A stretch of DNA of 64,000 nt from Lepidodermella squamata (Eukaryota > Animalia > Gastrotricha), in assembly GCA_047495785.1 (NCBI GenBank), contig JBLDXI010000029.1, positions 3,472,001 through 3,536,000 on the forward strand, given 5' to 3'. Under the pieces are notes generated by a model, which saw only the letters and a list, made by a program, of their open reading frames with translations, did no database searches and was not told the origin of the DNA. Positions 52,201 to 63,503 of this stretch are shown piece by piece. The position numbers were made by a program, and so were the translations under genes. Position 1 is the first letter of the stretch, and each line of letters starts with the position of its first letter.

Positions 52201-55200
52201 TCATTCAGACGAACATGATGGAGGTAGCTACAACGGAAATGCATTGGGTGGTTGCAGGCTTCCCGTATACATATACTAACGTCGACCACGTTCATGTTAA
52301 CACTCAACCGCCGGAACATCGATTGGCTTATAAATCTAGAGCCCCACGGACAAAGCTTCAACCAGGTAGGACTTCAGCTCTCACAAATAAAACTTGTCAA
52401 ATAATGTTATTTCAGGTGTCGATGCATCCTTCGATCCTAATGCCGCACGCTACAAACTCAACCAAATATGGCGTTTGTTTACAGTCGATCAAATACAGTT
52501 GGCACGAGAATACGTCATGTCAAAGTTGAGGCCAGGTGCTACTGAGCGGTTCAACATAAGACCGCCTGAGCTACTGATCTTTGACAACCTCGAGATTTTC
52601 CACCTCATATTCATTGCGTCAACTGAAACAGCTAAGCTTCCGCTGCATGAAACATTTCATCTTTCACCGTTCAAAGATGCGCTCAATCGATATTATCGAA
52701 TTCGCAGCAACAGTATACTGGCGGCAATTCAGTTCTTGCGAACGAGGCCTGCAGATCATCCTGCCCGACAGCTACTGCTTGACCTTTTCGAAAGGCTCTG
52801 TGAAGGCGATCAGGAACTCACAAAGCGATACGTACATCAAACAAACGCTGTTCGAACAGTTACTGTCCCGTCAAGTGTGACACCCTACAATCGTCAGAAA
52901 TTTTTGTATCACACGATTATGACTTTGGGCTCCATGGAGAATGAGTTGCAAACCTTTTCTTCGTCTAACTTCGCCGTCAACTTCACGAATGCGCGCCTCG
53001 TTACTCCTCCGGAGGAGTTCGACGGTGCGCTAGTTCAGCCATCTTTGCGTGCGGAGGTTGATGACATTTTTCGCCGTCTCATCATTGAGCAACTTGTTTG
53101 GTTACCCGTTTCCGCAAAGAGGCTCGGCAACTATATCACCAAAACTTGGGAAACTCTTCAAGACTACTTCTTTGGTTCGCACAGCAATGATCACGATGTG
53201 CCACCTATTTCCAGTTACGCTCTCAAGAGCCAAGCCAACAAGAAAATTTTCGACGCTGAGCGGATCTTTAAAGACAGCTTGCTTCAAACAAGCCATGCTC
53301 AACTGGCGCATAAAATGATCCTACCTTCTATAGACTTGTTTCGCAGTGCAATGCCTGAAAATCCTGTCGAATGGAAACCTGCTATTCTGCCTTCGACAGG
53401 CTTGTTTCCTTTAGCTTTTTAAATTCTATTTTTATGTTCACTGTTCACAGGTCAGTCTTCTGAATCATTGAAACAACAGCAGTTAGCCCTCAGCCATGGC
53501 TTGAACAAGATTGACGATCTGTTGTGCCATCGAAGTGCCTACAAGCATTCTGTTTTTGTCGGCCCACCAGGCGCTGGTAAAACCTTCTTGGCTCAAGTTG
53601 CTGCTCTGTACGCACTTGGCAAAGGCTTCAACGTTTGCCTCACGTCGCTCACATCGGAGAGAGCAAGATCGCTTGGAGGCCGTCATCTTCATCTTGTTTT
53701 TCCGATGCGTGTCCAGCAATCGTCCTACTCGCACGCCATGTTAGAGGCACAGGAATGCATCCGATCGCTCGGCAGAGACCCCGTTAAGGCAGAGTTACTA
53801 TACAGAACCGATGTGTTCGTGATCGAAGAAATCGGCTTGGTCTCCGCCGAGATGTATGCATTACTAGACGCTGTCATGAAATATGTCATGGGAAATGACT
53901 TAAAGTTTGGTGGCAAGCTGGTTATCGCTACCGGTGATCACGCTCAGCTGCAGCCAATCAATGGTAGGCCTTTCTGGCTGTCAACCAACTTGATGTTTTC
54001 TTTCGACGTCGTTGTGCTAACTCATTACGTTCGTTCCGCCGAAGACGAAAACCTCCAAGCAATCCTTCAAATCCTTCGACAGCCAATCATCGACGAGCGA
54101 CAGCGAAACGTTGTCTGTCACGTTTTGTCACAGAAGGCACGCTTTTTTCCTTCATGGGATAAGGTGCCTGAAGGCTTGATTCGTCTCGTTACAACTCGCA
54201 GCGCGGAGAAGAAAGTAATCGACGATTACCTCGAGAAAAAATCACAGCAAACCGATGTCATCAAATGTCTAGCTATCGACGAGTTTCAGAGAAGTTCGGA
54301 CAACTGGACGGAGACGACGAACAAGGCGCACATAAAGAAACTTGATCGTGTTTGCTTGGAGCCCAAAGAACTGGTGCTTTTTCTCGGGGAAATTGTCTGC
54401 ATGACTTACAATAACATCGCGTCAGATCCTGGTCAGACTTTCTCGCAGGGGCAGCTTGGTGTTATTGTTTGTCTACCTGAAGACATCGCCAACAAGAAAG
54501 CGACTGTTTCTGTTCGCCTGATTCCACCAGGTATTCGCCCGTCGCATGATGTTGACGAGAATTGGCCGGTTATCAAAGTGCAGCGACATCATGGAATACC
54601 CATTATCATCGGGTCAGACGCCATGCGAGCTCGACGGTTACAGTTCCCCTTCCGTTACTACATCTGCACCACGGTGCATCGGATAATGGGCGCAACCGTC
54701 GAGGAAGGTGTTGCCATACAAATATCGGACGTCGACAAACAGTTTCGAATGTGGGAGAAGGCTCAGTTTCTTGTGATGGTTTCTCGCTGCCGTTCGCTAA
54801 ATCTCATCGCCTTCGTGAGTGCTAGCAAAAACGACACCCTGAGAGCGATCAATGCCATCATGATGAAGGATAGCCCATATGAAAAGGCTGTTGTTGACCG
54901 GTTGTGTCGATTGGATATACTGTCTAATCGCGCAGAATCGGTTGACGTTGGCTCGCCGGTTTTTTATGTCACCAATTCAATCTCGCCCTCTGTTGTGAAC
55001 GGTGTAGTCTACCACATCGTTTCCCAAACAAGACCGTTCGCGTCTTACATCGGCGAAACAATGTTCTCAGCTGAAAAGAGACTCAGGCAACATAATTCTG
55101 GCGGTGGCGCTAATTTCACGCGTGGTGATACGTGGTTCCTTCTTGGTATCGTACATGGATTTTCTGATGCGCGAGCGCGAAAGACGTTTGAGAACAAGGT

Positions 55201-55477
55201 TCACAGGCGACTAACTCCACAGCTTTTCCCTTGGCAAGTCCGTCTCGTCATTCAGGAGCTTGTTGTTCAGCTGAACAAGTTGGTGCCTGCTTCACAGCAA
55301 CTGACCATCGTCAACTTCGGCCGGGTCGACGAATTGCAAGTTCGTGCGTTAGCGGCGAATCGCAACCAATCTGGACCTTTCGTTTTTATCAAACAGGTTT
55401 CTTCACTTTGCCTTACTTCTTCAGCTTCTTAATTTTTACTTACACTACAGGATGAAAGCGGCGAAGACGATTTATGA
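46279..55477 (+). CDS. RepHel transposase, ~2,900 aa: Cys/His-rich N-terminus, OTU protease, Cys-rich regions, HUH Rep, PIF1-family helicase, SLX1-like GIY-YIG nuclease
   Basis: OTU GRGDCQF..WGD..HY; Rep motifs LFYTFTAN, RIEFQ..G..HVHG, YLVKY; helicase GPPGAGKT, IEEIG, FGG..GDHAQLQP, TVHRIMG.T, QFLVMVSR; nuclease VY..YIGET..RLRQHN.G.GA..T..W..GF..FE. Phase-consistent exons 46736-47545, 47599-48300, 48351-49604, 49720-52365, 52416-53399 (GC donor), 53451-55396, 55451-55477; the first two exons are less certain. Confidence 0.92.
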
Positions 55478-55689
55478 GACGATTTTCTTTTACTATGTCA
55501 TTAGCAATTTGTCGGTGTTTCAACTGTCAAGCAGCTTTTTACAGCCTCACTTATGAAACGTTCGAGGGCTCATTTTTTTCTGACGAGTTGCTCCGTGCTT
55601 CCTTTTGATGCACCCTCATCATTTTTGTTCCACTTACAACTGCTGTTGAATAAAATACTTTCTTTCTTTATATTGTATTCGAACTTCGT

Positions 55690-55827
55690 GAGGGAGGGGC
55701 GGTTAAGTTCCCTTCTTCAGAGGGGAACTCTACGGAAGGGGTGATATCGACTTTTTTTTTACATTTGTTACTGATGAAAAACGTCCGTTCCAGGCCCACC
55801 AATTTTCTTGTGGCCCGTTTTTCTGGA
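55690..55827 (+). other. 3' terminal module of element A
   Basis: gggaggggcg, hairpin 55707-55728, aaggggtg..gacttt, a small subterminal hairpin, then CCGTTTTTCTGGA; homologous to 63343-63503. Confidence 0.8.
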
Positions 55828-58800
55828 TGATTGCGCGAACCGTGTAACGGTCCTGCGGCGGCAGCCGCGCGAACCGTGTAACGGTCCTGCGGCGGCAGCC
55901 GCGGCTTAGGCCTTTGGCTCGCGCCTCCGGCCGCTCGCCGGCCTAAAGTGAGGAAAAATGCACCGCAACCTGCCACTTTTAGAGGGCGCCCCCCCTTCCG
56001 CTCATCGTAAAAATACGGGAAAAATACCGGCGGATAGCGCTTCTCAAATAACCCCGAACAAAGATTTTCTGGACAAATCCATCGAACGGCTGATTTTTGG
56101 CGATTTTTTATTCATGAAAATTTATAATGAGCTCGCTTATTATTCATTGCCTTGACCGAACGGCACGAGGTCACGGCCGCCGGCGCGATGACCCATGTTA
56201 ATTACACCGCGGCGTTTATTGCGCGAGAAGAGGTCGATTTTCCTTGCAATTAATGTTATGGCGGGTTTGGCGCCCCTCCCCCGGGGGGAGGGGCGCATCA
56301 TATAATTTGCCTCAATATTTTCTATCGAACAGTCCAAACCCGGTGATTATCGGATAAACGGTTAATTTTATACGAATTTTCAAACATGAAAATGTCACAA
56401 AATGAGGCCCTCAAAAATCAGGTATAAATATTTCGACACGCGGGCAACACCCTTTCAGGTGCGGAATTTGTCGTGTTCGAAGTTGATTTCTAGCTACTCA
56501 GAAGCACGGCGGATTTTTTTGTACTAAAACCGCCGCAAGATTCGCAATTTTCCCTTTGACTATAGCGTTTGGCGCGCGATTGATTTTTAGTGAAAATAAA
56601 AATTTCAATTTTTCCGTCTTCCGTCAAATATTTTGACGCCTTTCCCCGATAGCGCTCATATTTGAATACACGTAAAATGTAGCGAATTTTCCGCTGAATT
56701 TTTAGAGACTAAGCACGTCATCATAGGCTTCATGGTTGTCGAACAATAAGAGTTGCGGCAAAATGCGTTTTTCAGGCGTTTTTTAGCGCACCTGCGGCGC
56801 TCACACTCGCAGTCGGCGACGATTTCTGTCAAATTAAAAACACATTTACCTGTTTTGAGTGCACATGACAATTATACTGTCTTGACGTAGAATTTCAAGA
56901 CGAATCGAACGAGACTAGTCCCATCGTCGTAGCACTCATAGTTTTTTAGCTATAAGAGGCGTGGTCGATCCACCTTAAAATTTCGAAATTTCGATGTTTT
57001 TGTGAATTTTTTACGACTATTTGGAATATTCTCGGTGTGATATAATAAGCGTGTCTGGTGCAACATTTGACGGGCTTTCGAATGGTGAAAACCGCATGTC
57101 CATAACTTACAGCGTTTTCAGCCAGTAATCCGCGCGGTAAAAACTGTGATAAAAACCAAACCAAATTATTTTATAAAATTTCAATTAATTATTCCGGATA
57201 ATATTTAACTGCGACTGCAGTGGCAAGTATTAATGTCCAGTAGGTAACTCGACGCACTCTATTGAATGGTATCGGCCCTACTTTCACAGGACGCACCCAT
57301 TTGACGCCACACCTCTTGTCGATGTCAAATTTTTCAAATCTTTTGACCAAGTTTGCACTCTCATTTTGATTGTTTAGTGGACTTGCACTCATTGAATGAT
57401 GATTTTAACGCTAAAAGCATAGTCGGCCGGTCACTTTGAGACCTGACTCGTTGTTGTAGCCCTCGTACTTCTGATACTATTCTGATAAAATAAAATAATT
57501 TATAAAAGGGATCGGACGACTGAAATGTTTCATTCCTGAGTCATAGCAACGATCAATTGACCAATCAGCGTGCGCGCCAAAGTTACAACTTTTTAGTGGT
57601 TCCACAATGAAAGCGTCCAGTGAAAATATAACCACCTATCCCAGTGCAGAACTTCACGGGCTATCTAACGGTCAAAACCCAAATTTCATAGCTCCCACCG
57701 TTTTTTGCGACAAATCCACGCGGTAAAAACTGAGATGAAAACAAACCAATAAATTTTTGAATTTCGATTTATTAATTCCCGATAACATTTAACTGCGACT
57801 GCAGTGACAAACGTTACTGCCCAGTAGGTAACTCAGGTAGAGTTACATTCTTAGTGTGCGCACTCTTACTTTTGTCATTTCAAGCGCAATGTTTTACCGC
57901 CTCCCTTTTTTGTGCACAAATTATTCTGCGTTCACTATACGCGGAAATTTACCAGGAATCGAATGAGACTAAGCACGACGTGCCAGCTATCACGGCTGTG
58001 GAGATATTTCGGGCACAACAGTTCAAAAAAATCAGGAAGAGTCCGCCTTAAAACTTGAAAATTTCGAAATTTTGCAAATTTCTTAATTATTATCGCGGCA
58101 ATCTGGAAGCGAGGCACCCTATAAAATTGCCTAGCTCCCATTTTCACAGGACGCACTCATTTGACAGGGCAAACCCTTGTCGAGTCAAACTTTTTTAATC
58201 ATGATGAATTTTCACCAGCAATTTGAGGAGAAATTATTATAATTTGAAGGAAATTATTTGAAAGATTTTAAGAAATTTTTTCTTAATTTACAATTTACAA
58301 TAATTTTCAAAAAAATTCGATTATTCAAATCAACTATCGAGCATATTTAGCAATTTGTTATTTATTCATTTTTGGAATTTACCAATTGCGAATCGCCACG
58401 ATTAACAATCCTGTGTACAGTTTGACCAAACATTAACTAATCATTGTTTTTCTTTACAGCTGAGCTATGAACACGGATGAATGGCTCTTAAATAGATAAA
58501 ATTAATTAAAATTAATTCATTAGGCGTTGGAATAAAAATTTTTGAAAAATTGAAAAATTCAGCTACCGATTCAGCTTCCGAAGGCACCGTTGCAGCCAAC
58601 AGCCAGAGCTTTTTTCTGACGCAATATGCACAATATTTATATTTTATTGTCATGTCTCCTTACCCGTTGGAGCTTAGTTTGAGAGTGTGAAAATAAGTTA
58701 TTATTTGGGGGCCAGGAGATTTTTATTGAGGGTAATTAAGGTTTGCGCCGTCGCCGCTAACTGGGTCATGACCCAGAATATGAGAGGTAAAGCAATAATT

Positions 58801-59918
58801 TATTACGATAGACGATATATCGACCTTGCAGACAGTCTCGCTCGGAAGGGCTTATTTTCAAGCTTGTGACCCTCAAAAACCAAATAAAAAACCCAAGCTG
58901 TCGTCAAATTTTTCGACACCTTACCGCGATAGCGCTCCTATGTGACTACACGTAAAATGTAGCAATTTTTTAGAGACTAAGCACGTCATTATAGGCTTTA
59001 TAGTTGTTGAACTATATGAGGCGCGGCAAAACGCGTTTTTCGTCATATTTCATGAAAAGGTTATAAAGCAATTTTCAGAGAAATTATTTTCATTTGAAGG
59101 AAATTTCTTTCCAATTCCTGCCTTGGCCGCAGAGATAATTTATCGGCCCATTATTTATCTGAATTACCAATCCAAATTTACCAATGGAAAAGCGTTCCGA
59201 ATAAAATTGATAGTTAAAATTCAAGAAATTTAAAAAAATTATGCAAATCATTTTGAAATTTTGAAATTTTGAAAAATCAAGCAAAAAATAATGTGGTCTG
59301 GCCAGCTCTCCTTCTAAAGCCAATCGCCTGCAGTATAGCAGCGACACATTGAACGTAGTTTTTTCTCCATTTTCGAAAGATAAAGTATGTATGGTAATTT
59401 TTTTGCCTCGAATTTTATTAATAACTCCGTAACCATGAGACATTGTTTTGAGCGGGTTTTACCAGTCGATAGATCTAGTCTGTTGTAAACTTTTCCTAAA
59501 TTCTTGTTAAATTTGGATGAAATGTGAGCAATTCATGACGAAAATGCTTCTTGGGATTTTTGGTGAAAAAGTTCGGTACGGTTATAGCCGCTACTTAATT
59601 ATCATGCCTCGCGCCCGCCGCTCTCGGCGTTACAATGAGGAAAAATCGTATGCACTTGAGCGTTTCTCCGAGTTAGTTAATAGGATATCCTCGGAAAAAA
59701 TTATAAAAAATACCATCGTGTAGAGCATACCCGAAACCCTTATGGGCAAAGATTTTTCAGAAAGATCGGCCAGAAGGCTGACTTTTGGCGATTAGCCCTC
59801 TTATCTTCGGCGTTATTAGCTGCGCGGTAAAACCAAGTATAGGCAACATTTGCCATTTTAACCGCAATTTATTAACGCTTCCCGCTTTTTGTGCGCAAAT
59901 TATCCTGCGTCCACTATA

Positions 59919-61018
59919 TCGTCGGTACAGCGGTTAAAAGTGACAAATACAGAATTTTTCAAAAATGAGATTTTTAATGTTTCTAGCTTAATTTCATAAG
60001 GCCGACATAATGGCGTGGTCAAATTTTACAAGCTCGGCAAAATTCTCGAAAGTGCCAAGTTTTATGAGATTTCCTAGCGCGATTAAACATGCATGGCATG
60101 TTTACTGAAAAACCCCATGTTTATTCGTCCGCTACATTGTGCTATGTTATTACATCTCTTTTCCAAAAAACAGAGAAAATCTCTAATATTGCTGAGTGGA
60201 AACGTCATTTTGAAGACAATTTTATGGTACCTTGTTATCGTAGAGGTTGATAGCCGTTTAGGCTTTTCTGTTAATCCTAATTGGGTTAATCGGCTGGGCA
60301 TCATGATTAATATTATTCAAGGATTGATAGTTGTTCCTGCCGCCTATGTATGTAATGTCAGATCAGTAAACATATAACTTGAAATCTTCTTTGAAAATCT
60401 TAATTCTTAGAGATTTAGGACCACAATCCTAGGACCACAAATTTTGTGAAAGTTCGAGTGACGGTGTAGATTGAGCAAATCCGGAGCTAAGAATCGAAAT
60501 TTTCAGATGTTTTTCATAACGACGTGTGATTACCTCCCAGCAAATGTTCAACCCTGTTAATGGAAACAATGGCCTGATTCGTCATTCCAAACAAGTGAGA
60601 TAATGCTTTAACAATTTCGTAAGGAGAAGCGTTGCAAATCAGCAATGCTTAAAGTTCGGATGTTCCAATATTTCACTACCTGAATTCCTTGCTTTCTAAA
60701 CAATTTGCGAAAAAGGTCAAAAAAATATATAGATTTTCTTTTTCCATAGCGAAAATAAATAAATAAAAATAATAAAGCGAAATATCGATTTCTTCAAGTC
60801 ACACTTTTGCCTTGAAATCGCGAGTAAAAGTGCCATGTCTCAGGTAAGATGACAGGTGCGCATTTTCGTTCAAATCCGAGTGCGCCATAATGTTAGTCGG
60901 TTATTATTACCCTAGAAAATTCCGAAATGAATGAAAAATAATAATTATATAATTGAAAAATTATATCCTGTAACATTTTGAAAATCGCACTTTGCACTTT
61001 AGACCGCTGTACCGACGA
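59919..61018. mobile_element. Degenerate Tc1/mariner-type element nested in element B
   Basis: TIRs tcgtcggtacagcggt / accgctgtaccgacga with TA TSD; it splits a repeat that is intact at ~57930 (cactata|cgcggaaatttacc). Confidence 0.85.
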
Positions 61019-61882
61019 TATGCAGGAAATTTACCACGAATCGAATGAGACTAAGCTAGTTGCTAGCTATCACGGTTGTGGTGTTATTGCGGGCGCAAAA
61101 GTCCAAAAAAATCAGGAATAGTCCACTTTAATACTTGAAAATTAAGAAATTACGCAGTTTTTGTAATTTATCTTGCGGCAACCTGGAAGCGTTCTGGCAT
61201 GATTAAATCACAGTTTTTTACGGGCTTTCTAACGGTGATATCCGCAAGTTCATAGCTACGGTCTTCTGCCAATAAGCCACCCGATAAAATCTGAGATTAA
61301 AAAACAAACGAAGGAGTTTTTGACAATTTAATCTTTCAATTCCGGGAATTTTTGCCTGTGTCTTGAATGAAAAAGTCATGTTGAATAACTTTTGAAGTTT
61401 CATGAAAAGGTGATAAAGCAATATTCAAAGAATTATTTTTATTTGAACAAAATTTCTGAAGAGCAATCTGCCATGGCCAGGGATAATTTATCGGCCCATT
61501 TTTTATCTGAATTCAAAATTATTTCCAATTTTATTTCCATTAGTCCTATGAATCATCGAGCATTCAGTTCCTCAACAGAATTGTTCCTTCTTCCTTAACA
61601 TTTACCAATTGAAAATCGTTACGAATAATCGTACGGCTGGCTGATGGTGTCGCGTGTTTTAGTTCGTAAGAAAAAAACATCACTTACATCAATATCTAGC
61701 CATATTCACTTTGAGCCTACCCATAACCAACATTATTTCTATTTTACAGCCCTGCGAAAACGCTTGACAACCGTGTTGCCGGTATTGAGCGTGCTGTCTT
61801 GGGGAAAATTCAATTCAATTTTTCAATTTCATTTCATTTTATTTTCGAGGTACTTTTCACTATTAATATTGTCATCGTCGTT

Positions 61883-62242
61883 ATGCGAGACCTCGCACCT
61901 ATCAAACCTCGAGAGGGCAAAAGTAGCACGTGCAATGTTGCTGGGTGTAATGTAGATGGCGACTTGGCTACATCTCATTATTGGGACGCTGTCAACTTAG
62001 CCTTCGATATCTCTTCTAATGAACGCCTGAACCACAACAGCGCTGACATGTTGTATCGACGAGGGTACGAATCTATAAGTGAAGAAGGTGGCTTTGGGGT
62101 CGATGGTGCCCAGAGAACATTGGAATATTATGACGATTACGGCTCATCGCAGAAAATAAAGGAGCTGGCGGCTTCAATGAAAAGTGCTCAAATCTCTCTT
62201 TTCTACACGTTTACGGCTGAGGAAAGTGGATCCCCTGGGTAA
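61883..62242 (+). pseudogene. Internally deleted RepHel remnant of element B
   Basis: PIKPREGKSSTCNVAGC (compare PFKPRKGNRTCTCSIKGC) fused in frame to DGDLA..LNHNSADMLYRRG..LFYTFTA..GSPG. Confidence 0.85.
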
Positions 62243-63503
62243 CACCACTCAAATTAGCCGGCCAATTATGAGTACCGAGTCCGGATCCTTCAAAGGTTAC
62301 GAGTGAATAACGAGTCGAGCCACCGATCGAATCGTCTTTTCTGTTTATGCAAGATGCCATTAAATTTTTTGCTTCGGAAAATCATTGTTATATGTCGAAT
62401 TCGGGGACGATGTCTAAATAAAAATGTCCACCACGTTTCCTGATAATTTAATTTGTGTAATTATTTATCTCGACTTATTTTGTTTCGTCCCCAGACCGGC
62501 ACGAAATAAGCTGAAATGTGCTGGTTTCATCAGCTGAAATACGTTGTAATAAGGCATGGCTAGTTCGTCGCCGCTGAAATACGCTGGAGCCGATTTCTGG
62601 GATGCGCACTTTTCAGCCGATTTTCGTCAAGCGATGTTGATTTTCTATCCATCAACTCACTGCGCTGAAATACGCTGAAAAAAGCACGTGGCGACATCGA
62701 CAAGCTAAAATACGCTCATATCCGTAAGACGCATTGCGCGAAATTCAAATCGGTTTTCCAGGACTTGGCAGTTGGCAGACGCTGAGTTTCAGTTTATTTT
62801 CCGTACAATTTCAGCTTGATTAATTTTTAGCTGGAAATTGCTGGAGTTTTACGCTAACGCAGTAGCTCTCAAACTATCTTCGCTCGCGGTCAAAAATGGC
62901 GGCCGGCTGACGACCTTCCCGGCCGCATTGCCTCTTGAACCCTCAACCGGCTGCTTGATAATGATAAAATAGGACCTTCCCGGCCGCACGCCTGTATAAT
63001 CGAGGATCGAGGATTGAAGTTTTCGAGTGCGCTTTTGAGCGGATTGGTTATTAAATTAGTAGCATCAGTAGCATCAGCATCAGCAGCATTTTTATCTTTT
63101 GTTTTTTATGGCTCTCTGCCGATTCATCCTTCTATGTGCTCATTAAACGCGAACGCACGGATTATTATGTTTGCGCCTGAAGATTTTTATTGGGGGTAAT
63201 TAAGGTGCGCGCCGTCGCCGTTAACTGGGTCACTCGACCCAGAAGATGAGAACTAAAGCAATAATTTAAAACGATATCGACAGTGAATATTCTCGCTCGC
63301 AAATTAATTTTTTTCAGAATATTTCACATGTATTTATTTTTGGGGAGGGGCGATTGAATGTTCCCCTTGAAGATGACCCACAAGGGGAACTGCAAGGGGT
63401 GGTTGACTTTGAACCCTTGTGGAACATTTCTATTGGGCCCAGCGCCAAGCTGCCAGATACTAAAAAAATTCACGCAAGATTTCCTTGCATCCGTTTTCCT
63501 GGA

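Larger units (their letters stand above)
33755..55827 (+). mobile_element. Element A: 22-kb, apparently autonomous Helitron-like rolling-circle element
   Basis: Boundaries fixed by empty-site reconstruction and by shared termini with element B; contains an intact spliced RepHel. End positions are ambiguous by up to 3 nt because of the GAT at each junction. Confidence 0.88.
55828..63503 (+). mobile_element. Element B: 7.7-kb non-autonomous relative of element A
   Basis: Same 5' start and 5' module (GC hairpin 56270-56296), same 3' module (hairpin 63360-63390, CCGTTTTCCTGGA), and a deleted RepHel remnant. Confidence 0.85.

Noticed and set aside
46279-55477. Polinton/Maverick or endogenous virus
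   Set aside because: No DNA polymerase B, integrase, packaging ATPase or recognisable capsid; HUH Rep plus PIF1 indicates the Helitron class.
33755-56296. LTR-like direct repeats bounding a single element
   Set aside because: The two ~450-bp modules are too diverged and are better explained as the 5' ends of two tandem elements, each with its own 3' module. There is no RT or integrase.
33755-63503. Giant intron of the Cys-loop gene
   Set aside because: No GT/AG at the minus-strand boundaries, and the paralog has no intron at this position.
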